64,000 bases of DNA from contig SVST01000014.1 in NCBI GenBank assembly GCA_015064155.1, positions 5,003 through 69,002 on the forward strand, in the 5' to 3' direction. This stretch comes from Oscillospiraceae bacterium. GTDB lineage: Bacteria > Bacillota > Clostridia > Oscillospirales > CAG-272. The notes beneath the pieces are model-generated. The model did no database searches. It was not told the DNA's origin and worked only from the letters and a program-made list of their open reading frames with translations. The position numbers and the translations under genes were made by a program. This document shows positions 36,309 through 45,346 of the stretch, piece after piece (positions within the stretch are counted from its first letter, which is position 1; each line of letters starts with the position of its first letter).

Positions 36309-37661
36309 ATGAGCATCAAAAACGAGTATTTGCTGAAAGTCATTGAAGACGTGAAGAAGCGTAACCCGGGTGAAACCGAGTTCCACCAGACCGTTACCGA
36401 GGTTTTGGAGTCCCTGGAACCCGTTGTAAACCAGCGTCCCGACATCGTGAAGGCAGGCATCATTGAAATGATGGTTGAGCCCGAGCGTATCATCAAGTTC
36501 CGTGTTCCGTGGGTAGACGATAACGGAAACGTGCAGGTAAACCGCGGCTTCCGCGTACAGTTCAACAGCGCGATCGGTCCGTACAAGGGCGGTCTCCGTT
36601 TCCATCCCTCTGTAAACGAGAGCATCATCAAGTTCCTCGGCTTCGAGCAGACCTTCAAGAACTCCCTCACGGGTCTTCCCATGGGCGGCGGTAAGGGCGG
36701 CTCCGACTTCGACCCCACCGGCAAGTCCAACGGTGAGGTTATGCGCTTCTGCCAGAGCTTTATGACCGAGCTTTCCAAGTATATCGGTGCAGATACCGAC
36801 GTTCCCGCAGGTGACATCGGTGTTGGCGCACGTGAGATCGGCTATCTGTACGGTCAGTACAAGAGATTGCGCAACGAGTTTACCGGCGTTCTGACCGGTA
36901 AGGGAAGATCCTACGGCGGTTCCTTGATCCGTCCCGAGGCAACCGGCTTTGGCGCAGTTTACTATGCAGTTGAAATGCTGAAGTCCTACGGTGAGGATAT
37001 CAAGGGCAAGACCTTTGCAATTTCCGGCTTCGGAAACGTTGCTTGGGGTACCGTTCAGAAGATCACCGAGCTTGGCGGTAAGGTTGTTACCATTTCGGGT
37101 CCCGACGGTTATATCTACGATAAGGACGGCGTAAACACGCCCGAAAAGATCAACTTTATGCTGGAGATGCGCGCATCCTGCCGCAACCGCGTACAGGATT
37201 ACGCTGATAAGTTTGGCGTTCCTTTCTTTGCAGGCAAGAAGCCTTGGGGCGAAAAGGTTGACGTAATCATGCCTTGCGCTACCCAGAACGAGGTTCAATT
37301 GGACGATGCAAAGGCAATCGTTGCAAACGGCGTGAAGTACTACGTTGAGGTTTCCAACATGCCCACCACCAACGAGGCAATCGCATTCCTCAAGCAGAGT
37401 GGTGTTGTAGTTGCTCCTTCCAAGGCAGTAAACGCAGGCGGTGTTGCCGTTTCCGGCTTGGAAATGTCCCAGAACTCCATGCGCTACAGCTGGACTGCAG
37501 AAGAGGTTGACGCAAAGCTGCACGCAATCATGAAGGGCATTTACGACAGCTCCGTTGCCGCTGCAAAGGCATACGGCATGGAGGGTGACCTGGTTGCAGG
37601 TGCGAACATCGCAGGCTTCCTCAAGGTTGCCGACGCTATGCTTGCTTACGGTGTAGTTTGA
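36309..37661 (+). CDS. gdhA: NADP-specific glutamate dehydrogenase
   Basis: ATG at 36309 after a TAGGAGG SD. GPYKGGLRFHP, LPMGGGKGGSDFDP, SGFGNVAWG. Confidence 0.95.
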   Translation: MSIKNEYLLKVIEDVKKRNPGETEFHQTVTEVLESLEPVVNQRPDIVKAGIIEMMVEPERIIKFRVPWVDDNGNVQVNRGFRVQFNSAIGPYKGGLRFHPSVNESIIKFLGFEQTFKNSLTGLPMGGGKGGSDFDPTGKSNGEVMRFCQSFMTELSKYIGADTDVPAGDIGVGAREIGYLYGQYKRLRNEFTGVLTGKGRSYGGSLIRPEATGFGAVYYAVEMLKSYGEDIKGKTFAISGFGNVAWGTVQKITELGGKVVTISGPDGYIYDKDGVNTPEKINFMLEMRASCRNRVQDYADKFGVPFFAGKKPWGEKVDVIMPCATQNEVQLDDAKAIVANGVKYYVEVSNMPTTNEAIAFLKQSGVVVAPSKAVNAGGVAVSGLEMSQNSMRYSWTAEEVDAKLHAIMKGIYDSSVAAAKAYGMEGDLVAGANIAGFLKVADAMLAYGVV

Positions 37662-37686
37662 TTTTCGGATAAGAGAGTTTGTTTAT

Positions 37687-38077
37687 GGAGGGGAGAGGGA
37701 CTTTTCGGAAAAAGTCCCTCTCCCCTCCAAACCACCCCTTACCCCAAAACCTTTACAGAAGAACGAGCGACGGACGAACCGCTAAACACGGCTCGTCCGT
37801 CGCTCGTTCTGCAAACGCTTGTGCGTTTGCAGGGTGATTACGGCATTTTCTCTTGTAGGGGAGGGAACGAAAGAAGCCTTCCCCCGAGGGGTAGCGAAGT
37901 GGCGCGAGGGCAAACTATAAAATACCACCCCCGCAAACGCGAAGCGTTTGCAAGCCCCCACCAAGGCGTGCCGTGTTTAGCGGTGCTACTTGGTGGGGGC
38001 TTTTGCGAAAGGTTTTGGGGCGAGGGGGAGGTATGGAGGGGGAGAGGGGCTTTTTCGAAAAGTCCCTCTCCCCCTCC
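37687..38077. repeat. 391-bp nested-palindrome element: two inverted half-elements of about 170 bp, each with three hairpins
   Basis: Terminal 15-bp-stem hairpins GGAGGGGAGAGGGAC/GTCCCTCTCCCCTCC lie at 37687-37728 and 38035-38077. Inner hairpins lie at 37761-37809, 37810-37831, 37933-37951 and 37953-38001. Confidence 0.85.
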
Positions 38078-38090
38078 AAATCACTTCCTC

Positions 38091-38849
38091 TTATCCAATC
38101 ACTTTCCTCAATGCACACATATCGGCAAGCAGGGGCTGTGCCGGTGTGGCAAGGTCGTCGTATTCGTAAACGCATAGGGTCGTGCAGTTTCCAAGCGTTT
38201 CGCCAACGCGGCGGAGCAGGTGGCATGACGCTCCTCCGCAAAGGAACAAAAAGGGAATCTTCAACTCCTTTTTCAACAGCGTGATCAGGCGCATGGCTTC
38301 CAGCTCTTCCTCTTGGGTGTCGGCTTTGATGACGATCTTGCAAACGTCCGCACCGCGCGCTTGTTGCCCCAAAGCAATCTCCAACACGCGATCCTCGGGG
38401 GTGTGAACGTGCGTGTGCGAGGACATGAGAACCTCCCCGCCCGCCTCGTGGATCGCATCGATCAGCGCCATCTGCTTTTTGACGGCAACCGGATCGGAGG
38501 TGAATTCATCGGGCTGTGGATCGAACAGATCTCCGATCACATCACACAGCGTCGCACCGCAACGGGCAAGCAGGGTCAGCTCTTTTGCCAATACGTCATC
38601 GCTTTTTCCCACGTTTTGCTTGCCGCGGTAGTTGGTAACGTATACGGGAAGACCGTGTGCTTTTTCAAAGAGCATACGGTAGGTTTCTTCGTTGCGGTAT
38701 TCGGGCGGAAATTGGCAAAATTGCATACCGAAGGCTTCTGCGCCAATCGCGTAGGCTTTGTCCATCAATTCGATGGTTCGTGCGGGTGTGGTTGCTTGCA
38801 CCATGGTGGTGAGCAGGGGCTTGTCATGCTTCAAAAAGGTAGGTTTCAT
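38091..38849 (-). CDS. Type I 3-dehydroquinate dehydratase-like TIM-barrel protein
   Basis: VLMSSHTHVHTPE and ADVCKIVIKA align with the AroD NHDFHKTP (catalytic His) and IPKIA (Schiff-base Lys) segments. ATGA overlap with the upstream SDR gene. Confidence 0.55.
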   Translation of the reverse strand: MKPTFLKHDKPLLTTMVQATTPARTIELMDKAYAIGAEAFGMQFCQFPPEYRNEETYRMLFEKAHGLPVYVTNYRGKQNVGKSDDVLAKELTLLARCGATLCDVIGDLFDPQPDEFTSDPVAVKKQMALIDAIHEAGGEVLMSSHTHVHTPEDRVLEIALGQQARGADVCKIVIKADTQEEELEAMRLITLLKKELKIPFLFLCGGASCHLLRRVGETLGNCTTLCVYEYDDLATPAQPLLADMCALRKVIG

Positions 38850-39616
38850 TTGTTCACACTTCTTCCCATGGCGTTTCTGCCGCCGTCGATCATAATATTT
38901 TCACCGTTGATAAATTGTCCCTTGTCGGAGATCAGGAATAAGCAAAGATCAATGATCTCCTGCGGCTCGGCAGCTCTGCCCATAGGGGTTTGCATCCGTG
39001 CCATTTCGGGACGCGTGAGAACGGGACCGGGAGATACGCAAACGCAACGGATGTTGTGCTTTGCACCGAACTGTGCGATTGATTTTGTCAAACCGTACAT
39101 GAGTCCCGCTTTGGCGGTTGCATAATCGGGATTGTAACCGCTGCCTTCTGCCCCCGTGATTGAACCGAGATTGATGACAATACCGCCCTTTTGCGTACGC
39201 ATTTGTCCCAAAACCGCATGCGCGAAATAAAAGGGACCCTTGAGGTTGACGTCCAAGCCCCAATCGTATACGTCAATCGGCACGTCGGGAAGCTCGGGGT
39301 AGAGCACTTTATCTACCTTGTGAATTCGGGTAGAGGCACCGCCTGCAAAATTTACCAGTACGTCGATGCTTCCGAATTCCGCAACCGCACGGTCACGCGC
39401 CGCACACACCGAGCTATAGTCGCGCACGTCGCAAACAACCCCGATGGCGCGCCCCCCGTCCTTTTCGTTGATCTCTGCAACCTTTTCCAAAAGAAGCGTT
39501 TCATTGACGTCACACATCACCACGTTGCCGCCAAGAGAAGCAAAATTCTGTGCGAATAACAGTCCCATGCCCGATGCCGCACCGGTGGAAATTGCTGTTT
39601 TGTTTTGAAAGTTCAT
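38846..39616 (-). CDS. Short-chain dehydrogenase/reductase (SDR)
   Basis: TGAASGMG cofactor motif, YATAK (YxxxK) catalytic motif, AAAGGAG SD. Confidence 0.85.
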   Translation of the reverse strand: MNFQNKTAISTGAASGMGLLFAQNFASLGGNVVMCDVNETLLLEKVAEINEKDGGRAIGVVCDVRDYSSVCAARDRAVAEFGSIDVLVNFAGGASTRIHKVDKVLYPELPDVPIDVYDWGLDVNLKGPFYFAHAVLGQMRTQKGGIVINLGSITGAEGSGYNPDYATAKAGLMYGLTKSIAQFGAKHNIRCVCVSPGPVLTRPEMARMQTPMGRAAEPQEIIDLCLFLISDKGQFINGENIMIDGGRNAMGRSVNK

Positions 39617-39633
39617 ACCGTTTCTCCTTTTTC

Positions 39634-40371
39634 TTACTGCTTTTTGCGACAGCCGTCGATCTGAATGTTCTGTCCCGCGATATAGCTTGCCTCATCGGAT
39701 GCAAGGAAGCAAATCAAATTGGCGTTTTCGCGCCCGCTGCCGGTTCTTCCCATAAAGGAAAGCTCCGAGGGCTGCGTGTAATCGATATCGGGCTGGTCGG
39801 AGGGCGAAACGCTCCCGGGCGAAACCGCGTTGACCAAAACGCCTTTTGCGCTGACCTCCTTTGCCAGTGCCTTGGTAAAGGCAATCAACGCCCCCTTGGT
39901 TGCCGAATATTGCGTCATTTTTGCGTTTCCGTACACGCCCGCAACCGACGCTACGTTGATGATTCTGCCGTATTCCCGGTCAAGCATCGAGGGAAGCACC
40001 GCGCGTGTGACGTAAACGGTTCCCATGACGTTGACGTCAAAATACCGTTTCCAATCGGCACTTGAAATTTCCAAAAAGGTCTTAGCACCCCGCCAGATTC
40101 CGGCGTTGTTGACGAGAATATCGATCTTACCCGTTACCTCCAGCGCGGTTGCAACGATTTGATTTACCGATTCCTCGTCACTGATGTCACATTGATAAAT
40201 CTGTACGTTGTCGGTGTACGAAGCAAGCTCGTCCTTGAGTGCGGAGAGCTTGTTAAAATCAAGATCCAGCAGAACGAGTGACGCCCCGCCGCGCGCCATT
40301 TCCAATGCCGTAGCACGTCCGATTCCAACTGCCGCACCCGTAATCAGCGCAACGCGTCCTTGTAACTTCAT
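39634..40371 (-). CDS. Short-chain dehydrogenase/reductase (SDR, FabG-like)
   Basis: TGAAVGIG, NNAG, YSATK. Confidence 0.85.
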   Translation of the reverse strand: MKLQGRVALITGAAVGIGRATALEMARGGASLVLLDLDFNKLSALKDELASYTDNVQIYQCDISDEESVNQIVATALEVTGKIDILVNNAGIWRGAKTFLEISSADWKRYFDVNVMGTVYVTRAVLPSMLDREYGRIINVASVAGVYGNAKMTQYSATKGALIAFTKALAKEVSAKGVLVNAVSPGSVSPSDQPDIDYTQPSELSFMGRTGSGRENANLICFLASDEASYIAGQNIQIDGCRKKQ

Positions 40372-40541
40372 AATTTGAACCCTCCCAAATCTTTTCTGCC
40401 TTTATGGTATCATAATTTGCGCTTTCTTGCAAGCCATAAAACGATAGAAGATTGCTCTTTCTGATACAAAAATGCTTGAAAACTTGACAAAAACAAACGA
40501 AAATGATATAATCAGAAAAAAGCAAGGGAAGAGGGATTCAA

Positions 40542-41294
40542 ATGGATTTGAAAAATATTGTGGTAACCGATCTTGTTAATGTGATTACGGTGCATTCTCC
40601 CAAGGGGCGCGTGCAACCGATGGTACAAAGAAAATACTACGGAATCTCTTTTTGTATTTCGGGGCAGATTACTTATACACAGAACGGAAAAAGCTACGTG
40701 TCCGACTGCGATCATGCCGTGATTCTGCCGCAGGGAGCAACCTATACCGTAACCGGTGATAAAACGGGAGATTTTCCCGTGATCAATTTTACTGTGCAGG
40801 AGCCTTTTTGCGATACCGTTACCGTGATTGCCGTTAAAAAGCAGGACTATCTCCTTCATTTATATGAACAGATCCGAAAGCTGTCCTTCATGCACGGAAG
40901 TCGTGCCAAGCAAATGAGCCTTTTTTACGATATGATAGACACGCTTGCAGAGGAGCGTCGTCCATACCGCTTGTTGCCCGCATTGCAATATTTGGAAAAT
41001 CACTATCAGGAGGAAACGCTTACCAACGCGCTGCTTGCCAAGGAGTGCCGTATCAGTGAGGTCTATTTCCGAAAGCTGTTTACCGGGGAGTTTGGTGTTT
41101 CCCCCAAGCAGTATATCATTGAATTACGCATGGAGCGCGCCAAACAGCTTCTTTGCGAGGGTGCGCGCGGAACGGCCGAGATTTCCGAGCTTTGCGGGTT
41201 CGCGTCCCCCTATCATTTTTGCAGACTTTTTAAGCAGCACACGGGGATGACACCCTCGGAATATCGAGCCGCCAACCAAATTCTGCATGTATAG
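40542..41294 (+). CDS. AraC/XylS family transcriptional regulator (cupin plus HTH)
   Basis: The C-terminus ISELCGFASPYHFCRLFKQHTGMTPSEYR. Divergent from the SDR/aroD-like operon. Confidence 0.8.
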   Translation: MDLKNIVVTDLVNVITVHSPKGRVQPMVQRKYYGISFCISGQITYTQNGKSYVSDCDHAVILPQGATYTVTGDKTGDFPVINFTVQEPFCDTVTVIAVKKQDYLLHLYEQIRKLSFMHGSRAKQMSLFYDMIDTLAEERRPYRLLPALQYLENHYQEETLTNALLAKECRISEVYFRKLFTGEFGVSPKQYIIELRMERAKQLLCEGARGTAEISELCGFASPYHFCRLFKQHTGMTPSEYRAANQILHV

Positions 41295-41396
41295 TTTTGC
41301 GTTTCTGTTTTGGAATTTTGTCGGTTATGAGCTACACAAAAAAGCAAAAGTGCCTTTTAAAATGCCAAAAATGGAAAAATATATTTCAAAAAGTAC

Positions 41397-41425
41397 TTGA
41401 CAAATGCCAAAAGCGGTTGTATAAT
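41397..41425 (+). promoter_or_regulatory. Consensus sigma-70 promoter of recA
   Basis: TTGACA, 17 nt spacer, TATAAT. Confidence 0.65.
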
Positions 41426-41475
41426 AGAGTCGATCAAAACAAAAAGGAGCAGGCTGCTCCGTGAAAGGACTTATT

Positions 41476-42594
41476 ATGGCAACCGCAAAGAAGGTAAAAA
41501 AGCAAGTTCCAACCGAATTGGATGAAAAGGGAAAACGCGAGGCACTGGCAACAGCCATGTCGCAGATCGAACGTGACTTCGGTGCCGGCTCGATTATGAA
41601 ACTGGGCGAAAACACCCGCATGGAGGTGCAGGCGATTCATACGGGCTCACTTTCCTTGGACTTGGCTCTCGGGATCGGCGGCGTTCCGCGCGGAAGAATC
41701 GTGGAGATCTTTGGCCCCGAATCTTCGGGTAAAACCACGGTTGCGCTGCATATTTTGGCGGAGGTACAGAAGATTGGCGGAACCGCCGCGTTTATCGACG
41801 CGGAGCACGCATTGGATCCCGTATATGCCAAAAATCTTGGAGTCAATATCAACGATCTGTTGGTTTCTCAGCCCGATTGCGGAGAGGATGCACTGGAAAT
41901 TTGCGAGGCATTGGCACGCTCCGGCGCGGTTGACGCGATCGTGGTAGACTCGGTTGCCGCCTTGGTTCCCAGACAGGAAATCGAGGGGGATATGGGACAG
42001 TCGATGGTCGGTGTGCAGGCAAGAATGATGTCGCAGGCAATGCGCAAGCTTTCGGGTGTTATTTCCAAAAGCAATTGCGTGGTGGTATTTATCAACCAGA
42101 TCCGCGAAAAGGTTGGCGTGCTGTACGGCAATCCCGAAACCACCCCCGGCGGACGTGCGCTGAAATTCTTTGCGTCGGTACGAATCGACGTTCGGAAGAC
42201 CGAACAGCTCAAGGATGGAAACGATATCTACGGAAACCACGTCAAGTGTAAGATTGTGAAGAATAAGGTAGCTCCTCCTTTCCGCGTTGCCGAGTTTGAC
42301 ATTCTGTACGGCAAGGGTATTTCGCTTTCCAGCGAGCTTTTGGACTATGCGATCAATCTGGACATCATCAAAAAAAGCGGCTCTTGGTTCTCCTATAACG
42401 GTGAGCGCATCGGACAGGGTAAGGAAAACGTACGAAAGCTGATCGAGGGCAACCCTGCTATGATGCAGGAGATTGAGGAAAAGGTACGCGCCATGAGTGA
42501 GGATGCAAATCTTGCCGGCGGAGAAGATGAATTTGAGGTAGACGACGGCGACGATGAGTTTGATCTGCGTCTTTCGGACGGTGGGGATGAATGA
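41476..42594 (+). CDS. recA: Recombinase RecA
   Basis: ATG at 41476. GPESSGKTT Walker [10 protein letters not shown], and the acidic C-terminal tail. Confidence 0.95.
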   Translation: MATAKKVKKQVPTELDEKGKREALATAMSQIERDFGAGSIMKLGENTRMEVQAIHTGSLSLDLALGIGGVPRGRIVEIFGPESSGKTTVALHILAEVQKIGGTAAFIDAEHALDPVYAKNLGVNINDLLVSQPDCGEDALEICEALARSGAVDAIVVDSVAALVPRQEIEGDMGQSMVGVQARMMSQAMRKLSGVISKSNCVVVFINQIREKVGVLYGNPETTPGGRALKFFASVRIDVRKTEQLKDGNDIYGNHVKCKIVKNKVAPPFRVAEFDILYGKGISLSSELLDYAINLDIIKKSGSWFSYNGERIGQGKENVRKLIEGNPAMMQEIEEKVRAMSEDANLAGGEDEFEVDDGDDEFDLRLSDGGDE

Positions 42595-43259
42595 TCTGTT
42601 ATTCCGAAGCCTTGCAATCGAATAATCTGATTATCACGCTCCGAAGCCTACAGGCACAAAACGAGGGCTCCGAGATCGTTTTGCGAATTCTCTTGGAGTG
42701 CGGTGAAAACCGAGAGGAACGAAGATTGGTTCTCACGGCATCGCAGTATTGCGAGCTGAAGCCGCAAAAGGGCGTTCTTTCGGAGGAAGCCTTTGAGCAG
42801 TTGGAGGCGGCAGCCGAATTGTGCCGTGCCATTCGGGCAGGGGAGAGCCTTATGTCCTATGGCAGTAACACGGCAGGGATGTTGACGCAGAAGCTGTTGC
42901 GACGCGGCTTTATGCGTGCTACGGCAATCGAGGCGGCAGAATATTTAAAGCGCACGGGTGTGATCGATGAAACACGCGACCTACAGCGTGAGCTGGAGAA
43001 GTGTTTGCGCAAGCTATGGGGAGCCAAGCGGATCAATGCACATCTGTGGTCGAAGGGCTTTGATATGGATGCCATGTCGGAGCTTCCTGACTTTTTGTCC
43101 GAAATTGATTTTGAGGAAAATTGCGCAAGCTTGATCCGAAAGCATTACGGTGAGGTGCCGCGTGATCGCGAAGAGCAACGGCGCATGATTGCCTTTTTGA
43201 GCCGTTACGGATACTCGCTGGATGAAATTCGTTGTGCCATGCGCAAGCTGTCCGATTGA
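42591..43259 (+). CDS. recX: RecA regulator RecX
   Basis: Overlaps the recA stop. Helical-repeat protein in the conserved position ([22 protein letters not shown]). Confidence 0.75.
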   Translation: MICYSEALQSNNLIITLRSLQAQNEGSEIVLRILLECGENREERRLVLTASQYCELKPQKGVLSEEAFEQLEAAAELCRAIRAGESLMSYGSNTAGMLTQKLLRRGFMRATAIEAAEYLKRTGVIDETRDLQRELEKCLRKLWGAKRINAHLWSKGFDMDAMSELPDFLSEIDFEENCASLIRKHYGEVPRDREEQRRMIAFLSRYGYSLDEIRCAMRKLSD

Positions 43260-43268
43260 ACTTTATAC

Positions 43269-43312
43269 AAAAACGGAAACGGGAGAAGCAATTCAGCTTC
43301 TCCCGTTTCCGT
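43269..43312. terminator. Bidirectional intrinsic terminator separating recX from the convergent phage-like operon
   Basis: aaaaacggaaacgggagaagc-aattca-gcttctcccgtttccgtt. Confidence 0.8.
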
Positions 43313-43316
43313 TCGT

Positions 43317-43820
43317 TCAATACAAAAGGTCGTAGTGATCCTTGACGGATTCGATCACGGATTCCGCAACGGGCTCCTCTTCGGGCTCCTCTTCGGGCTC
43401 CTCTTCGGGCTCCTTTTCAGGCTCCTTTTCAGGCTCCGTGGTGGGAGTTGTTTCCGTGGTGGTTTCTTTGCTAAGACTTTGCAGAAGTGACGTCAGCACG
43501 TCGGTATATCTTGCAAAATAGCGGTCGCTCAAGACGTCGTTTTCATCCATTACCAGCATGGCGGCAAGGTAATATTCCGCAATCGGAAGAAAAATATCCG
43601 AGAGAGGGAAATAGCCGTCAAGCTCAACCGTTACCTTCGCAAAGGCAGGTCGCGCACCTTGACCGTTTGCCATGCGATAGCGGTTGTCGGTGGCAGATTG
43701 CTCGGTACAAAAGGTCGCTAAGAGATACGTGGCGCGGTCTTCGTAGTCCGAGGTATCTCCGTTCGTTTCGGTTTCACCGAGCAATCGCAAAGCCGCTTTG
43801 TAAATGTCGCGATAGGTCAT
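43317..43820 (-). CDS. Head-tail adaptor / head-completion-like protein (P22 gp4-like N-terminus) with an acidic Thr/Pro/Glu repeat tail
   Basis: The 167-aa size and the N-terminus RDIYKAALRLLGE resemble P22 gp4 (GDLVRAALRKLGV, from memory). Last gene of the operon. The C-terminus is TTETTPTTEPEKEPEKEPEEEPEEEPEEEP. Confidence 0.45.
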   Translation of the reverse strand: MTYRDIYKAALRLLGETETNGDTSDYEDRATYLLATFCTEQSATDNRYRMANGQGARPAFAKVTVELDGYFPLSDIFLPIAEYYLAAMLVMDENDVLSDRYFARYTDVLTSLLQSLSKETTTETTPTTEPEKEPEKEPEEEPEEEPEEEPVAESVIESVKDHYDLLY

Positions 43821-43829
43821 CGGCTTGCT

Positions 43830-44660
43830 TTAGGCAATGGCGACGGAAAGCGTTACCATTTCGTTGGGGTATACGACCTTTGCACCGTACAGATGCAAGC
43901 CCTTTACGGCATCGGCAAAGCGAAGCTCGGGACGGTAAGCGTCAATTTCGGAGAGCTGCTCGGCAAATGCGATGGCGCGCTTGGTGCGGACGAGGCACTG
44001 GTGCTTGATCGAAGAATCGATTTCGGTTTTGACGATGTTGTTGGAAACGAAGATCTTACAACCCGCAATGCTGCCGATGCAGCCGGTTTCGAGAATTTCG
44101 GTGTTGTCGGAGGAAAGGTTCACCTTTGCCTTCAGAATCAGCTCGGCAACCTCGGGGCTGACCTCAATGACGATATCGTTGGGGTCCGCTACGTTGTTTA
44201 CGTGCAGCTTGGTGCGCGCACTGATCAGCGTGTTCACGATGTTGCTTTCACTTGCCGCGGAAACGTTCAGCGTAATACCCGCCTGGTCATAAAGCTTGTA
44301 TACGTATGCGTCGGCATCGTTTGCCAGCGCGTTTGCCGCATTTTTCATGGCAAGCTCCATCAAGCGGGGCGTTGCCTGAACGCGGTCAACGTCGTCGATC
44401 TGGAAGTTGAAGTACTTTGCCTGGTCGATTGCAAGCTCGCGCACGTTGTCGGAAAGCGTTTCGGGGGCACTCATGTTGACGTTTTTGGTATACTTGGATA
44501 CGCTGACGTTTCCAAGACCGCAAATTTTTACGACGTTGCCTTGTTCGCGAATATCGCCCTCAAATTCACGGTTGCAGTTTGCAACGGCGATGTACTGCTT
44601 GTCCAGCGCGCGATAAAGATTTTCGCTCCATACGGTGGGAATAAAATTGGTAATTGCCAT
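43830..44660 (-). CDS. Major capsid protein (P22-coat-like / HK97-fold family)
   Basis: The N-terminus MAITNFIPTVWSENLYRALDKQYIAVANCNREFEGDIREQGNVVKI matches the IPE(I/V)WS...NRDYEGEI...G(D/N)xVxI pattern remembered for the P22_CoatProtein family. It follows the scaffold gene. Confidence 0.7.
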   Translation of the reverse strand: MAITNFIPTVWSENLYRALDKQYIAVANCNREFEGDIREQGNVVKICGLGNVSVSKYTKNVNMSAPETLSDNVRELAIDQAKYFNFQIDDVDRVQATPRLMELAMKNAANALANDADAYVYKLYDQAGITLNVSAASESNIVNTLISARTKLHVNNVADPNDIVIEVSPEVAELILKAKVNLSSDNTEILETGCIGSIAGCKIFVSNNIVKTEIDSSIKHQCLVRTKRAIAFAEQLSEIDAYRPELRFADAVKGLHLYGAKVVYPNEMVTLSVAIA

Positions 44661-44704
44661 AGTTGTAAATATCCTTTCTTTTTATAAAATAAATTCGGGG
44701 ATCA

Positions 44705-45346
44705 TCAGTGCCACTTTTGCATGGACTGCATGATTTTTTGATAGTTTTTTCGGACCTCAGCGGGGGACATCGATCGAACCTCACCGGGAGAAAAATACTC
44801 GTTTTCCGGTGATTCAACCGATCCCGAGGACCTTTTTTGGTTGTCTGCATTGCTTTTCTCGGCAAGCATTTCGGTATAGGCTCTTTTTTTCTCTGCCAGC
44901 GCATAGGCGGCGGCAATGGGAATTCCACGGCGTACGTCCTGCCAAACGCTGTCGGGAAGTGTGGAGAACGCAGTGTCCGGATAAAGCGTGCGAAACTCCT
45001 CGCATTCCTCTGCCATGCGATTCCAATAGGTGTCCTTTTGTGCCAATTCAGCGCGCAGATGCATCAATTCACTTCGCAGCTGTTCAATTCGCTCTTGCGC
45101 AGTTGTCTCAGAATCGGCGGTAAGATCAGAATCAGAATCTTGCACGGGATCCGCAGAAATTTCCATATTTTCAGCAAAGCTCTCACAACACGTGCAAGAG
45201 GTCGCCGCATCCTTTCCTTCGTCTGAGCCGGCGAGGTCGGATGAAGGTTCTTTTTCTGCTTGCGTCGAACACGCTTCCGATATCGGATCGCCCGATTGTG
45301 CATCCGCCACAGCTTGATTGCCTGTATCCATTTTGTCATCATTCAT
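44705..45346 (-). CDS. Capsid scaffolding protein (putative)
   Basis: Sits between portal and capsid. Acidic N-terminus, a predicted coiled-coil (IEQLRSELMHLRAELAQK), and a C-terminal FSPGEVRSMSPAEVRKNYQKIMQSM scaffold-like tail. Confidence 0.55.
   Translation of the reverse strand: MNDDKMDTGNQAVADAQSGDPISEACSTQAEKEPSSDLAGSDEGKDAATSCTCCESFAENMEISADPVQDSDSDLTADSETTAQERIEQLRSELMHLRAELAQKDTYWNRMAEECEEFRTLYPDTAFSTLPDSVWQDVRRGIPIAAAYALAEKKRAYTEMLAEKSNADNQKRSSGSVESPENEYFSPGEVRSMSPAEVRKNYQKIMQSMQKWH

Noticed and set aside
37821-38343. ORFs 37821-38177, 37973-38284 and 37915-38343 across the palindromic element.
   Set aside because: They are Gly/Pro/Arg-rich translations of GC-rich hairpins with no SD, and they overlap the aroD-like gene. 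The symmetry explains the open frames on both strands.
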